The translations under genes and the position numbers were made by a program. From Gemmatimonadaceae bacterium (lineage in GTDB: Bacteria > Gemmatimonadota > Gemmatimonadetes > Gemmatimonadales > Gemmatimonadaceae), in NCBI GenBank assembly GCA_051859245.1, contig JBHYGA010000006.1:128001-192000 (forward strand): a stretch of DNA of 64,000 bases. Direction: 5' to 3'. Positions 18,355 to 28,763 of the stretch are shown here, piece by piece. Each line of letters starts with the position of its first letter. Position 1 is the stretch's first letter. Under the pieces are notes generated by a model. The model was not told the origin of the DNA. It was given only the letters and a program-made list of their open reading frames with translations, and ran no database searches.

Positions 18355-19398
18355 CTAGTACGCTCCCGATCGCACATCGAATCGTGTGGGTTTGTTCAGT
18401 AACCGGCCACCGCGCGCCACCCACTGCGCGCTATGCGCAATGAGCGTGTCCAGCGACATGCCGTGATATGGCAACACACGCGTCAGGGTATCCACATTCA
18501 CGACCAATGCATCCTCTGATTCTGCGCCCTCGAATATCACATCGCGTTGCAGGTGACGGCCGAGCTGCTCGGCGATGTAGCGAACGGATGCAATCGGGCC
18601 CGACACATTGAGCGCCGGCGCGGTGTTGCTGGCCAGCGCCAGCGCGCGCAACGCCAGCGCGTTCGCATCTCCCTGCCAGATCACGTTCGCAGCTCCTGTT
18701 GCCAGCGCAATCGGCTCACCGTTCAGAATACGCGCCGCGATATCTGTGACCACGCCGTAGCGCAGGTCGCACGCGTAACACAAACGAAACTGCAGTACGC
18801 GCGTACCAAACGCCGATGCGGCGTGCTCAAATACGCGTTCACGACCGATGCAGCTGGCGGCATATTCCCCGTCCGGCACCAAGGCGTGCGATTCTGTGGC
18901 GCCGCCGAGTGCGACCGGAGTTCGCGGATACACGTTACCGGTTGAGAACATCACGATACGAGCGTGCTGATAGCGTTCCGCCACGTGTACGGCCGCAATC
19001 ACATTCTGCGTCCACGCACCGATCGGATTGTTCTGCGTGCCGAACTTTTGCCCCACCAGGTGTAACACGTTCGCGGCGTCAGGAAGTTCTGCGAGCGCGG
19101 TTCGGTTCGTGAGATCCGCGCGCAGCGGTACAACGCCGTGTGCCTGCAACTGCTCCGGCAACGTGGCATCAGTAAATCGCGCGACCGCGTAGACTCGTCG
19201 TGCACCGGCACCCTCACGCGGGATGCCGGCATCATCCAGTGCGCGGCGTGCCATGCGCGCGAGCGACGGGCCCATTTTCCCACCGGCGCCCAGCACGACG
19301 ATATCGCCGTCAATCGATTGCAACGCGAGCCTGACGTCATCGTTCGCTTGCGACAACGCGGTCTCAAGCGCCGCTTCGTCAATCGGCGCGTGTTGCAT
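18355..19398 (-). CDS. NAD-dependent epimerase/dehydratase family protein
   Basis: VLGAGGKMGPSL, GQKFGT, FSTGNVY, EYAASC.GRE, DLRYGV. Confidence 0.85.
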   Translation of the reverse strand: MQHAPIDEAALETALSQANDDVRLALQSIDGDIVVLGAGGKMGPSLARMARRALDDAGIPREGAGARRVYAVARFTDATLPEQLQAHGVVPLRADLTNRTALAELPDAANVLHLVGQKFGTQNNPIGAWTQNVIAAVHVAERYQHARIVMFSTGNVYPRTPVALGGATESHALVPDGEYAASCIGRERVFEHAASAFGTRVLQFRLCYACDLRYGVVTDIAARILNGEPIALATGAANVIWQGDANALALRALALASNTAPALNVSGPIASVRYIAEQLGRHLQRDVIFEGAESEDALVVNVDTLTRVLPYHGMSLDTLIAHSAQWVARGGRLLNKPTRFDVRSGAY

Positions 19399-20252
19399 CA
19401 GGACGCGTCGACGACGGCTGTGGTAGTCGCGATCGGTGCCGCCGTGCGGTCTCCTGCCTCCGACGCCGATGATGGCGGAATCGTGCCATCTCCAAGCGGT
19501 GGCGGATCGGCCAGGCCGAGCTCGCGCGACAACTCGCGTCGGGCGGCATCAATACGCTGTCGCACATCTTCGCGCAGTCGTGCGGTGTCTTTCAGCGACA
19601 ACCCGTCGGTGGGCACGGGATCAAGCACCACCGCCAGTGCGCGTGCCTTACGAAACTGAAATGTGCCTTTGGCCATCGCGTGTCGCGTGCCGGCAACCGC
19701 GATTGGCAGAATCGGCACGCCTTCCTTGATGGCGAGTCGAAACGCGCCGTCTTTAAACGGCAACATGGCACCGTCGCGTGAGCGCGTTCCCTCGGGAAAA
19801 ATCATCACCGAGACTTTCTTCTCCAGCCGATCACGGCACTGCACCAACGCCTGCACGGCGCTGTCGCGACTGCCGCGCGTGAGCTTGATGTCGCCAGCCA
19901 TCTGCATCATCCAGCCCATGCATGGAATCTTGAACATGGTGTCCTTGCTCAGCCATTTCATTTCCCACGGAAACTTGCTGATCAGAAACACGTCCGCATA
20001 CGACTCGTGGTTGGCCACCACCACGTAGGGTCTGCGCGGATCCTGCGGGGCCGGTCCACGCGTGCCGAAGCGCCAGAACGGGTTCAGTTTGAGCGTGGTG
20101 ACGGCCACGAGGCGGAACGCACGCCCCGCGGCGTAGCGTCCCGCGTCGAACGGTTTGGTGACAGCGTATACAAGAGCGACAATTGGCGTGCCGATGATGA
20201 CTACGATCACCGTCATCGCCCACGTCCACCAGTTACCGATCGTTGCCAGCAT
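19398..20252 (-). CDS. plsC: 1-acyl-sn-glycerol-3-phosphate acyltransferase (PlsC family)
   Basis: NHESYAD (HX4D), IFPEGTRS, PFKDGAF. Confidence 0.88.
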   Translation of the reverse strand: MLATIGNWWTWAMTVIVVIIGTPIVALVYAVTKPFDAGRYAAGRAFRLVAVTTLKLNPFWRFGTRGPAPQDPRRPYVVVANHESYADVFLISKFPWEMKWLSKDTMFKIPCMGWMMQMAGDIKLTRGSRDSAVQALVQCRDRLEKKVSVMIFPEGTRSRDGAMLPFKDGAFRLAIKEGVPILPIAVAGTRHAMAKGTFQFRKARALAVVLDPVPTDGLSLKDTARLREDVRQRIDAARRELSRELGLADPPPLGDGTIPPSSASEAGDRTAAPIATTTAVVDAS

Positions 20253-20264
20253 GTCGGTGAAGAC

Positions 20265-20552
20265 TCAGGGCTTGATGTCGGTCGCGGGCGCGATCACGTC
20301 AGCAGGCGCCGAGGTCGCTGCTTGGGCCGCAATTTCCTGCGCGAACTCGCCGGCCAGAAAACCGATTTTCGAGTGCGTGCCGTCGCAGAACGGTTTGCGT
20401 GACGACGCACCGCAGCGGCACAGCGAGAGCGGCTTCCCTTCGGGCGGCTTGGGGATCTCGTTCCCTTCGTGATCGACGAGACGCACGTTCGGTGCGTCAT
20501 CAGCGGTAATGAAGAGCGATCCAGTCTTGCGAACGGTAATCGTGATGGTCAT
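20265..20552 (-). CDS. CDGSH iron-sulfur domain protein
   Basis: LCRCGASSRKPFCDGTH motif; start MTIT. Confidence 0.9.
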   Translation of the reverse strand: MTITITVRKTGSLFITADDAPNVRLVDHEGNEIPKPPEGKPLSLCRCGASSRKPFCDGTHSKIGFLAGEFAQEIAAQAATSAPADVIAPATDIKP

Positions 20553-20610
20553 GAGGTCGTGTAATAAGGAACGCGCGACCGGGAGCGGTCGCACAATGCT
20601 GTGGGGTCGT

Positions 20611-21060
20611 TCAGGGCGCCGTGTGTTGTGCCACCGCTTCGGCCGCGTGTCGCTGAATGCGTCGCACCATGGCTGAAAGGCCCGCCTCGCGCGCACCCAG
20701 ACCGATGCTCTCCATGAGCGTTCGGACAAAATCGGGTGGCAGCGCGAGAGCGACCTCCGGCGGCTGATCGTTCACTGCGGAAAAGGTAATCGACAAGACA
20801 GCAGCCACCGTTGGCGACTGCCGAACATTTACGTCGGCCCAGAAGTGCATCGTGCCGTCAGGCTGCCGCTCCGGAAACAGGTCCACCCGGGTTTGGCACT
20901 CCGGTACGGTGAAGGCTTCCCGATCCAGCGCCGCAAATCGCTCGGGCAGGGGCTCAAGCTTTTTGGCGTGGCTAAGCAGTGCCTGCATGCGGGTTTCGCG
21001 GTCCATGGCGCGAAAACGCTCGAGGGTACGGGCAATTGTGGGCGGCAGCGGAGAAGACAT
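20611..21060 (-). CDS. SufE-family sulfur acceptor
   Basis: LLSHAKKL.PLP, conserved Cys in VPECQTRV, R..GL..M. Confidence 0.8.
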   Translation of the reverse strand: MSSPLPPTIARTLERFRAMDRETRMQALLSHAKKLEPLPERFAALDREAFTVPECQTRVDLFPERQPDGTMHFWADVNVRQSPTVAAVLSITFSAVNDQPPEVALALPPDFVRTLMESIGLGAREAGLSAMVRRIQRHAAEAVAQHTAP

Positions 21061-21172
21061 CCCGAATGCAAGCGGTTTGGCGGCGAGGGGTCAACCACAT
21101 TTACGGAACCCGGGAACCTGAATCCGTTGTGCGTAGTAGGTTCACAGGAACGTCTCACCTCAGCGCCTGCCC

Positions 21173-22093
21173 ATGCTTATTCGTCGACCTGCCGATATCC
21201 CGTCCTCGGAAATCACGCCCGAGTCTGACTACATCAACCGTCGCAGCTTCATGGGTGCGGCTGGCGCACTGGCGCTGGCTGGCCTCGCCGCGCCGTCTGT
21301 TTTGTCGGCGACGGGTTCGCCCGCGAGGGCGCAAGACGACAAGGTGACCTCGGAAGAAGACGCCACCAGCTACAACAACTTTTACGAGTTCGGATTGGGG
21401 AAGGATGATCCCAAGCGCTACGCCGGCTCGCTGAAGACGGTGCCGTGGACCGTGGCCGTGGACGGTCTCGTCAAAGCTCCCAAGCGATGGGACCTGAACC
21501 AGCTGCTGGCCGGTCTCGCGGTTGAAGACCGCACGTATCGCCATCGCTGCGTGGAGGCCTGGTCCATGGTGATCCCGTGGCGCGGCGTGAGGCTGCGCGA
21601 TGTATTGGCACGCCTGGAGCCCCTGCCGAGCGCAAAGTTCGTGGAGTTCACCACGCTGCTCGACCCGCGACAGATGCCGGGTCAGCGTTCGAGTTCGTCA
21701 TTGGCCTGGCCGTACCGTGAAGGGCTGCGTCTCGACGAAGCCATGCACCCGCTCACGCTGCTCGCCACGGGCATGTACGGTAAGCCGATGCCGAACCAGA
21801 ACGGAGCGCCGCTGCGCCTTGTGGTGCCGTGGAAGTACGGGTTCAAAGGCATCAAGTCGATCGTGAGCATCAAGCTGACCGACAAAATGCCGAGCACCAG
21901 CTGGAGCGACTCGATTCCGAGCGAGTACGGCTTCTACGCCAACGTGAACCCCACGGTGGACCATCCGCGCTGGACGCAGGCGAAGGAACGCCGTATTGGC
22001 GAGTTCCTGCGCCGCAATACGCTCATGTTCAACGGGTACGCGAACGAAGTGGCGTCGCTCTATGCGGGCATGGATCTGCGCAAGTTCTACTGA
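21173..22093 (+). CDS. msrP: Periplasmic methionine sulfoxide reductase, catalytic subunit
   Basis: SEITPE..Y.NRRSF (Tat), [19 protein letters not shown] (Mo ligand Cys), [25 protein letters not shown]. Confidence 0.96.
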   Translation: MLIRRPADIPSSEITPESDYINRRSFMGAAGALALAGLAAPSVLSATGSPARAQDDKVTSEEDATSYNNFYEFGLGKDDPKRYAGSLKTVPWTVAVDGLVKAPKRWDLNQLLAGLAVEDRTYRHRCVEAWSMVIPWRGVRLRDVLARLEPLPSAKFVEFTTLLDPRQMPGQRSSSSLAWPYREGLRLDEAMHPLTLLATGMYGKPMPNQNGAPLRLVVPWKYGFKGIKSIVSIKLTDKMPSTSWSDSIPSEYGFYANVNPTVDHPRWTQAKERRIGEFLRRNTLMFNGYANEVASLYAGMDLRKFY

Positions 22094-22122
22094 GCGCGCA
22101 CTGACTGTCGAGACATTCGTCC

Positions 22123-22752
22123 ATGGCTGATCCCGTCGCGCGCCGCGCGGTGCGCGTGCTCGTCTGGCTCGCCGTGCTCGGCCCCATTCCATGGCTCGCC
22201 TGGCTCGCGTACTCGGGCGGGCTCGGCGCGAATCCGATTGAGTTCCTGCAGCACCGCACCGGGCACTACGCGATTCGGCTGCTCGCCGCGTCACTGTTTA
22301 TCACGCCGCTGCGCGTGATCACCGGGTGGGGCTGGCTGGTGGCGCATCGTCGCACGCTCGGCCTGGCCGCATTCTTCTGGGCGATCACGCACCTATGCGT
22401 GTACGTGGGCCTCGATCTGTTCTTCGACGTTGGCCAGTTTCTCGACGATGTGGTGAAGCGGCGCTACATCACGGTTGGCATGCTGGCCATCGCGCTGCTC
22501 ACGCCGCTCGCCATCACGTCCACCAAAGCTTGGATCAAGCGTCTCGGAGGTGCGCGCTGGAATAAGCTGCACCGTCTGGTCTATCTGGCCATGATCGCGG
22601 CCACCGCGCACTACCTCTGGGCCGTGAAGAAGGACATCACCACGCCGGTGATCTACTTCGTGGTCGTCGCCCTGCTGCTGGGTTTCCGACTGTACATGCG
22701 CGGACGGCGCGCCCGCACGGCGCGCGAGTCGGCCAGAGAAGTGACGGCCTAG
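22123..22752 (+). CDS. msrQ: Heme-binding membrane subunit MsrQ
   Basis: LGANPIE, ITPLR, RRTLGL, YITVG, PLAITS, WNKLHRLVY. Confidence 0.95.
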   Translation: MADPVARRAVRVLVWLAVLGPIPWLAWLAYSGGLGANPIEFLQHRTGHYAIRLLAASLFITPLRVITGWGWLVAHRRTLGLAAFFWAITHLCVYVGLDLFFDVGQFLDDVVKRRYITVGMLAIALLTPLAITSTKAWIKRLGGARWNKLHRLVYLAMIAATAHYLWAVKKDITTPVIYFVVVALLLGFRLYMRGRRARTARESAREVTA

Positions 22753-22939
22753 GGAGTGTAATGGGGCGTTGACGCAGTCTCGGGACGTGACGGTGCGGCC
22801 AATCCGCGCGTCCCTGCTGCACATGAGGTCGCCAGGCGACGTTCAACGGAGCGAACGCGCGTCTGAACCGACTGACTTCCCCAACTGCCTCGGCGCTCGC
22901 TCCGTGAGCGCCACCACCCACCCGTTCGCCGCCGAACGC

Positions 22940-25777
22940 ATGACGTTACCCGCCGCGGAGCGTCTCACGCCCCGCCGATCAGGCCCCTATCCGTCACTGA
23001 ATAGCCTGACGCCTTCCCAGGGCGTCCCGCTCATTGAACCCCCCGCCGAGCCGACCCGGCTTGAAACGGGGTTGCTGGCAGCGTTGGTGGGTGCCTCGGC
23101 GCTCGTGTGTACATGGCTGGCGACGAACGCGAATCATCTGCACCCGTCGCACCCCGTCGTGGCCTTTGCGCCCGTGGCCGTCCAGATCGCCGCGATGATG
23201 CTGGGATGTCACACGGCGATGGCCCGTTTCCTCGACCGCGGCACGCGTCGCTTCTGGGCGTTCGTGGCCAGCAGTCAGGTGATGATGCTCGTGGGCGCGG
23301 TGGTGTCGTTTGTGGCGTGGCACAATGGTGATGCCGCCGCGGCGACACGCGCGCTCACAATTGGCGCGCTCGCCAGCCAGCCGCTGTTGTTTGCGGGTTT
23401 GCTGCAACTCTCGGCAGCGCCCAAAACACGTTTGGACCGATCCAAGTTCGCGCTCGACATCGCAACGATTACCGGCGGCGGATTGCTGGTGATCTGGTAC
23501 GATTTGCGGCGTCCGTTGGTCGAAGGCATTGATCTGGCCGCGTTTGATATCGTGACGGTGCACGCGGCCGCGATCGGCGATCTCATTCTGCTTTTGACGG
23601 CGTCGATTCTCTGGCGCCGTACCACGAGCCATACACGCGCGAATGTAATGGTCGTGCTCGCGCTCGGTCTGCTGGTGTACTTCCTGTCGGACATCGCGGC
23701 GATTGTCACGCTCCACCAGACGGGGCAGCGTCCGTTGTGGCTGCTCGCGGCAGCGCCCGCAGCAGCGTGTCTCGTAGCCGGTGCCGCGTGGTTGCAGCGC
23801 ACGACTGCGGCGATCATTGAGCCACGATCGGTCACGGTTGATGTTGGCACGATGGCCGGGCTGAGCGTGATTCCATTTGTTGCGGTGCTCCCCGGTTTTG
23901 GCTTGTTGCTCAAAGCCGCGAATGAAAGCGGCGTGCAGCCACTCGCCGGACTGGTGGTCGGCGCGGTGCTCGTTACGGCGATCACCTTTGCGCGCCAGGT
24001 AACGTCAACGCGCGAAACCGTTCGCATCCTTTCCGAAGCGTCCGCACGCGAAAACGAAGCGCGCTTTCGTGCGCTCGTGCAGAACTCAAGCGACGTTATT
24101 GCGATCCTCGAACCCGACAGCACGATTCGTTTCTTGTCGCCGTCGGCACGCACCGTTTTGGGACACGATCCCAAGCGTCTCGTGGGTACGCGCATTCTCG
24201 ACCTGCTGCATCCAGACGATGAGCCTGGAGCACGACAGTTCCTCGCGGAACTTGCGTCGGGTGGTCCGTCCGGCACGCGCGGTTCGCTCACACGTGAGTG
24301 GCGTCTGGCGCACGCCAACGGCAGCTGGCTTACCGTCGACAATGTGGGCACCAATCTGCTCGACGAAACCACGGTGCAGGGCCTGGTGCTGAACACGCGT
24401 GATGTGACGGAGCGTCGCATCATGGAAGAGCAGTACATGCATCAGGCGTTTCATGATCCGCTTACGGATCTCGCGAACCGTTCGCTCTTTCTGTATCAGG
24501 TTGGCCATGCGCTCGCACGTGGTGTCCGCCACAACGAAACGGTCACCGTTCTCTTTCTCGATCTCGACAACTTCAAGAACGTCAACGATTCCCTCGGCCA
24601 TGCCGCGGGTGATCGTCTGCTTGTGGAAGCGGCACGTCGACTCTCCGCCTGTGTGCGCGATAGCGATCTGATTGCACGTCTCGGTGGCGACGAGTTTGCT
24701 GTGCTGATTGAAAGCACCGACGACGCGGACGAAGTGCTGAATATGGCGGAACGCATTGTTGCCGCACTTGGGCGCGCGTTTGTGGTGAACGGCAAAGAAG
24801 TGTTTGTCAGTGCGTCCATTGGCATTGCGCGAACAGAAGATGGGGCGACCTCCGACGAACTGGTGCGAAACGCCGACGTCGCGATGTACATCGCGAAGAC
24901 ACGCGGCAAGGGACGCTACGTGTTGTTTGAGCCAGTGATGCACGCCGCCGCGCTTGAGCGACTCGATCTCGAAGCGGATCTGCGTCGCGCCACGGAGCGT
25001 GGAGAGTTCTTCCTCGAATATCAGCCGATCATTGCAATGAGCAGCGGCGAAATCTGCGGAACGGAAGCGTTGGTGCGCTGGCGTCGATCGGGCCGCGGGA
25101 CGGTTCCGCCGAGCGTCTTCATTCCGGTGGCGGAAGAGACGGGCATGATTGTGGAGATTGGGCGTTGGGTGCTGCGCGAGGCGTGTCGCCAGGGGCATCG
25201 TTGGGAGCAGGATCGCGGGGCGCCGGTGCGTGTGACGGTGAACTTGTCAGGGCGGCAGTTGCAGGATCCGGGTATTGTGGAGGACGTGCGCGACGCGCTG
25301 CTGGAGTCTGGCTTCACGCCAGCCGACTTGGTCCTCGAGATCACGGAGAGTATCCTCATGCATCACGTGGAAGTCTCATTGCTTCGTCTCACGCAACTCA
25401 AGGAGTTGGGTGTGTCGCTGGCGATTGACGACTTTGGCACCGGATACTCGTCGCTCAGTTATCTGCAACGCTATCCAATCGACATTCTCAAGATCGACAA
25501 GGCATTTGTGGACACGATTGACAAAGGCGGCGACGGCGCAGTGCTCGCGAGCGCCATCGTGGCGCTCGGCGAAACGTTGCGGCTTGATACCGTTGCCGAA
25601 GGCATCGAAACCGAAGCACAGCGCGGAATGCTCATGGAACTGGGCTGCGAGTTCGGTCAGGGATTCCTGTTTGCGCCGCCACTCAGCGCCGAAGATTTGA
25701 GCGTGCTTATGCGCGTGCGCGGGACTCGCGTGAAGGAAACACTGCGTCGTCGCCATGGCGTCGCGGTCGGAGTCTAG
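22940..25777 (+). CDS. Membrane PAS-GGDEF-EAL diguanylate cyclase/phosphodiesterase
   Basis: Multi-TM N-terminus, PAS (RFRALVQNSSD, HPDD), HDPLT.LANR, RDSD I-site + GGDEF, EAL, DDFGTGYSSL; start uncertain (22769-22940). Confidence 0.92.
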   Translation: MTLPAAERLTPRRSGPYPSLNSLTPSQGVPLIEPPAEPTRLETGLLAALVGASALVCTWLATNANHLHPSHPVVAFAPVAVQIAAMMLGCHTAMARFLDRGTRRFWAFVASSQVMMLVGAVVSFVAWHNGDAAAATRALTIGALASQPLLFAGLLQLSAAPKTRLDRSKFALDIATITGGGLLVIWYDLRRPLVEGIDLAAFDIVTVHAAAIGDLILLLTASILWRRTTSHTRANVMVVLALGLLVYFLSDIAAIVTLHQTGQRPLWLLAAAPAAACLVAGAAWLQRTTAAIIEPRSVTVDVGTMAGLSVIPFVAVLPGFGLLLKAANESGVQPLAGLVVGAVLVTAITFARQVTSTRETVRILSEASARENEARFRALVQNSSDVIAILEPDSTIRFLSPSARTVLGHDPKRLVGTRILDLLHPDDEPGARQFLAELASGGPSGTRGSLTREWRLAHANGSWLTVDNVGTNLLDETTVQGLVLNTRDVTERRIMEEQYMHQAFHDPLTDLANRSLFLYQVGHALARGVRHNETVTVLFLDLDNFKNVNDSLGHAAGDRLLVEAARRLSACVRDSDLIARLGGDEFAVLIESTDDADEVLNMAERIVAALGRAFVVNGKEVFVSASIGIARTEDGATSDELVRNADVAMYIAKTRGKGRYVLFEPVMHAAALERLDLEADLRRATERGEFFLEYQPIIAMSSGEICGTEALVRWRRSGRGTVPPSVFIPVAEETGMIVEIGRWVLREACRQGHRWEQDRGAPVRVTVNLSGRQLQDPGIVEDVRDALLESGFTPADLVLEITESILMHHVEVSLLRLTQLKELGVSLAIDDFGTGYSSLSYLQRYPIDILKIDKAFVDTIDKGGDGAVLASAIVALGETLRLDTVAEGIETEAQRGMLMELGCEFGQGFLFAPPLSAEDLSVLMRVRGTRVKETLRRRHGVAVGV

Positions 25778-26951
25778 CGCGCCGGCGCGCCTGTCCGCAT
25801 TCGCGATTGCGAGTCCAGGCCTCGCCGAGCTCGTCGCCGCCGAGTTACGTACCCTTGACATTGTTGTATCCAACGTAGAACCAGCGGGCGTCGCGTTCGA
25901 GGCAACGCACGAAGAGTTGTTCCGTGTGAACTGCTGGTCGCGCCTTGCGTCGCGCGTGATTGTGCGTCTCGATCGGTTCGACGCGCGCGACTTTGCCACC
26001 CTCGAAAAACGATCGCAACGAGTGCCGTGGTCGCAGGTGCTCGCGCCCGGCGACACGGCTGAGCTGTCGGTGACATGTCGCAAGTCTCGCCTCTATCACT
26101 CGGACGCGGTGGCCGAACGGGTTGCGCGTGGCATCGAGCGAGGGTTGCCTGGTGTGCGCACAGCTGCTGCACGCGGTGAAGACGATGATGTCACACCGAG
26201 CGCGCCTGTCACTGCGGGATCGCGAACACAGCGCATTCTTGTTCGACTTGATCACGATGTCTGCACCATTTCGGCCGACGCATCGGGCGAACTACTGCAC
26301 CGACGCGGCTGGCGACTCGATTCAGGCAAGGCACCGCTGCGCGAAACGCTGGCCGCGGCGCTATTGGTGGCCGCTGGTTGGCCAAGCGATGCACCGCTCG
26401 TCGATCCCATGTGCGGCGCCGGTACGATTGCTATTGAAGCGGCGCTGGTGGCGCGCAACATGGCGCCCGGTCTCTCACGCACGTACTCGTGCGAGTTCTG
26501 GCCGCGTGTTGATGTCGCAATCGCCACGCGTGTTCGTGCAGACGCACGACGCGCCGTTCAGAATGCGCCCGCCGTGATTGTGGCTGGTGATCGCGATGCC
26601 GGTGCGATTGAGGCCACGCGAACCAATGCGGAGCGCGCGGGCGTGCTAGACGCGCTCACGATTGTGCATCAGCCGCTCTCCGATATTGATCTCGCGCAGT
26701 ACGGCGCGCGCGGCTGGGTCGTCACAAATCCGCCATACGGCATTCGCACGGGCAACGTGGACACCCTGCACGCGTTGTGGGGACGTCTCGGTGCGGTGCT
26801 GCGAGCGGGTGGGCCTGGCTGGACGCTGGGTGTGGTGGTGCCAGACGCGTCGCTCGCCAAGGAAATCCGCGTTCCGCTTGATCGCGTGGTGTCCACGAGC
26901 ACCGGCGGTCGAAACGTGAGCTTTTCGCGCTCGCGCGTCAGGGCGCGCTGA
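25755..26951 (+). CDS. THUMP-domain RNA methyltransferase (RlmL-like)
   Basis: [47 protein letters not shown]. Confidence 0.88.
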   Translation: MASRSESSAPARLSAFAIASPGLAELVAAELRTLDIVVSNVEPAGVAFEATHEELFRVNCWSRLASRVIVRLDRFDARDFATLEKRSQRVPWSQVLAPGDTAELSVTCRKSRLYHSDAVAERVARGIERGLPGVRTAAARGEDDDVTPSAPVTAGSRTQRILVRLDHDVCTISADASGELLHRRGWRLDSGKAPLRETLAAALLVAAGWPSDAPLVDPMCGAGTIAIEAALVARNMAPGLSRTYSCEFWPRVDVAIATRVRADARRAVQNAPAVIVAGDRDAGAIEATRTNAERAGVLDALTIVHQPLSDIDLAQYGARGWVVTNPPYGIRTGNVDTLHALWGRLGAVLRAGGPGWTLGVVVPDASLAKEIRVPLDRVVSTSTGGRNVSFSRSRVRAR

Positions 26952-27129
26952 CGCCCTCGGCGCTTTTGCCCATGCGGCATTTGTCGCTGCAATAACGCAC
27001 CGATTCCCAGTCGCGCGCCCACTTGCGGCGCCAGCTGAACGGCCGATTGCAGCGCGCGCACACGCGCGTGGCGCGTTCGCTCGGCGTTTGCGCTTTTCCA
27101 GGGGCGTTCGCGTGTGGGCGTCTCGGCAT
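26938..27129 (-). CDS. DUF2256-like small Cys-rich protein
   Basis: [29 protein letters not shown] signature. Confidence 0.85.
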   Translation of the reverse strand: MPRRPHANAPGKAQTPSERATRVCARCNRPFSWRRKWARDWESVRYCSDKCRMGKSAEGVSAP

Positions 27130-27282
27130 GGCCGCTCTCAAGCGCTTGGCGTGGGCGGCGGGTTCCCGGAACGCCATCGTCTGTGCCACGCACCGTTACA
27201 TCCCAGCTCGCCACGCATTACAGCGCTGGCCTGCGTGTGGCGCAGGGATTCCCTTCACGCCCCAAAACACGCACTCTCAAGG

Positions 27283-28713
27283 GTGACTTCTCCCGACCGC
27301 CGCCCCGATTTCGAGCCTGATGATGTCAGCGGCTCGTTCGAGATTGAGCTGCCCAGCGACCCGCTGGGCCTCGATCTCGACGAGGCGCCGGCTGGTTATC
27401 CCGCCGATCTTCCGTATCCGCCGCGCCCGCGCACCTGGGAGAGTCCGGCACGTTATGGGCATCGGCCGCGCGCCATCCCGTCTGAGCGTGTGGGCGAAAT
27501 CGATGCGTTCCGGCAGATTGCGCACAGTCTGGCGGCGGGCACCGACTCCTCGACGGTGCTGCAGGTGCTTTGCGAAGCCGCCATGGATCAGGGCCGCTCG
27601 AGTGGGGCGATGGTGGCCGAGGTTACGCCTGAGGGCGGGCGTTTTGTGGCGTGTACCGGCATTGTGTCCGATCTGGCTGGTACCGCGTTTCCACTCGCCG
27701 GCTCGGTGACGTCACGCGTGGTCGCGACGCGCGCCGCGATCGCCGTGGAGACGATGCGCGAGAGCTCGCCGTTCTTTGAGTCGCTACTCGGTCAGCGTGG
27801 TGTCGGGCCGGCCCTCGTGGTGCCGCTGATTGCGCACGAGGCGTTTCTTGGTGTGCTGATCGTGACGCGTCGCGTGGACACGCCCGTGTTCGATTCGCAG
27901 GACGAAAGCCGGCTGTCGACCGTTGCTGATCTGGCGTCGCTTGGCCTCTGGAAGGCGCGTCTGCTCGAAGAAGCGCGCGACGCCGACGCGGCCAAAACGG
28001 CCTTCCTGGCCACATTGTCGCACGAGCTGCGTACGCCGATGGCCGCTGTCGAAGGGTACAGCGAGCTGCTCGAAGACGAAATTCTCGGCCCGCTTGTGCC
28101 GGCGCAGCGCGACGTGCTCACGAACCTGCGCGCCGTGAGCCGTCATCTCGGTGCGCTGATCGAGGAGATTCTTACCTTTGCTTCCCTCGAAGCGGATCGG
28201 CTCGTACCTCGGCTGGCGGCTGCGCGATTGGACGAACTCTGCGATTCGCTGCACCCGATTCTCGCACCACTGGCGCGCGAGAAGGGGATCACGCTGCGCT
28301 TTGACGTTGCTCCCGGGCTGCCACTGGTCCATACCGACGAAGACCGTGTGCGTCAGATCCTGCTCAATCTGAGCGCGAACGCCATCAAGTTCACTGACGT
28401 CGGTGAGGTCACGATTCGTGTGTCGCAGAGCGCGAGCAGTGATCCCGACGGTTCGATCTCGGCGCGCGACGACGTGCCCAGTGTGTACCTCGAAGTGAAA
28501 GACACCGGAATTGGCATTTCGGCGGCGGATCTGGCGCGCTTGTTCAAGCCCTTTTCGCAGGTGGACGACGGGCCGACGCGGCGACACAAAGGGACCGGTC
28601 TCGGTCTGTATATCTCCCGCCGCTTGGCGGAGCTGCTTGGTGGTCGGATCGACGTGCTCTCGCGCCCAGGTGAGGGCTCCACGTTTACGCTCGTGATTCC
28701 GGTTGGCAGTTAA
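27283..28713 (+). CDS. GAF-domain sensor histidine kinase
   Basis: GAF (LVVPLIAH...GVL, FD..D..RL), FLATLSHELRTP, NL..NAIKFT, DTGIGI, GTGLGL; start uncertain. Confidence 0.9.
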   Translation: MTSPDRRPDFEPDDVSGSFEIELPSDPLGLDLDEAPAGYPADLPYPPRPRTWESPARYGHRPRAIPSERVGEIDAFRQIAHSLAAGTDSSTVLQVLCEAAMDQGRSSGAMVAEVTPEGGRFVACTGIVSDLAGTAFPLAGSVTSRVVATRAAIAVETMRESSPFFESLLGQRGVGPALVVPLIAHEAFLGVLIVTRRVDTPVFDSQDESRLSTVADLASLGLWKARLLEEARDADAAKTAFLATLSHELRTPMAAVEGYSELLEDEILGPLVPAQRDVLTNLRAVSRHLGALIEEILTFASLEADRLVPRLAAARLDELCDSLHPILAPLAREKGITLRFDVAPGLPLVHTDEDRVRQILLNLSANAIKFTDVGEVTIRVSQSASSDPDGSISARDDVPSVYLEVKDTGIGISAADLARLFKPFSQVDDGPTRRHKGTGLGLYISRRLAELLGGRIDVLSRPGEGSTFTLVIPVGS

Positions 28714-28763
28714 GCGCCTGCATCGCGCAAGTCGCGTGTCGTCCCGTTAGATTCAAGCGCACT

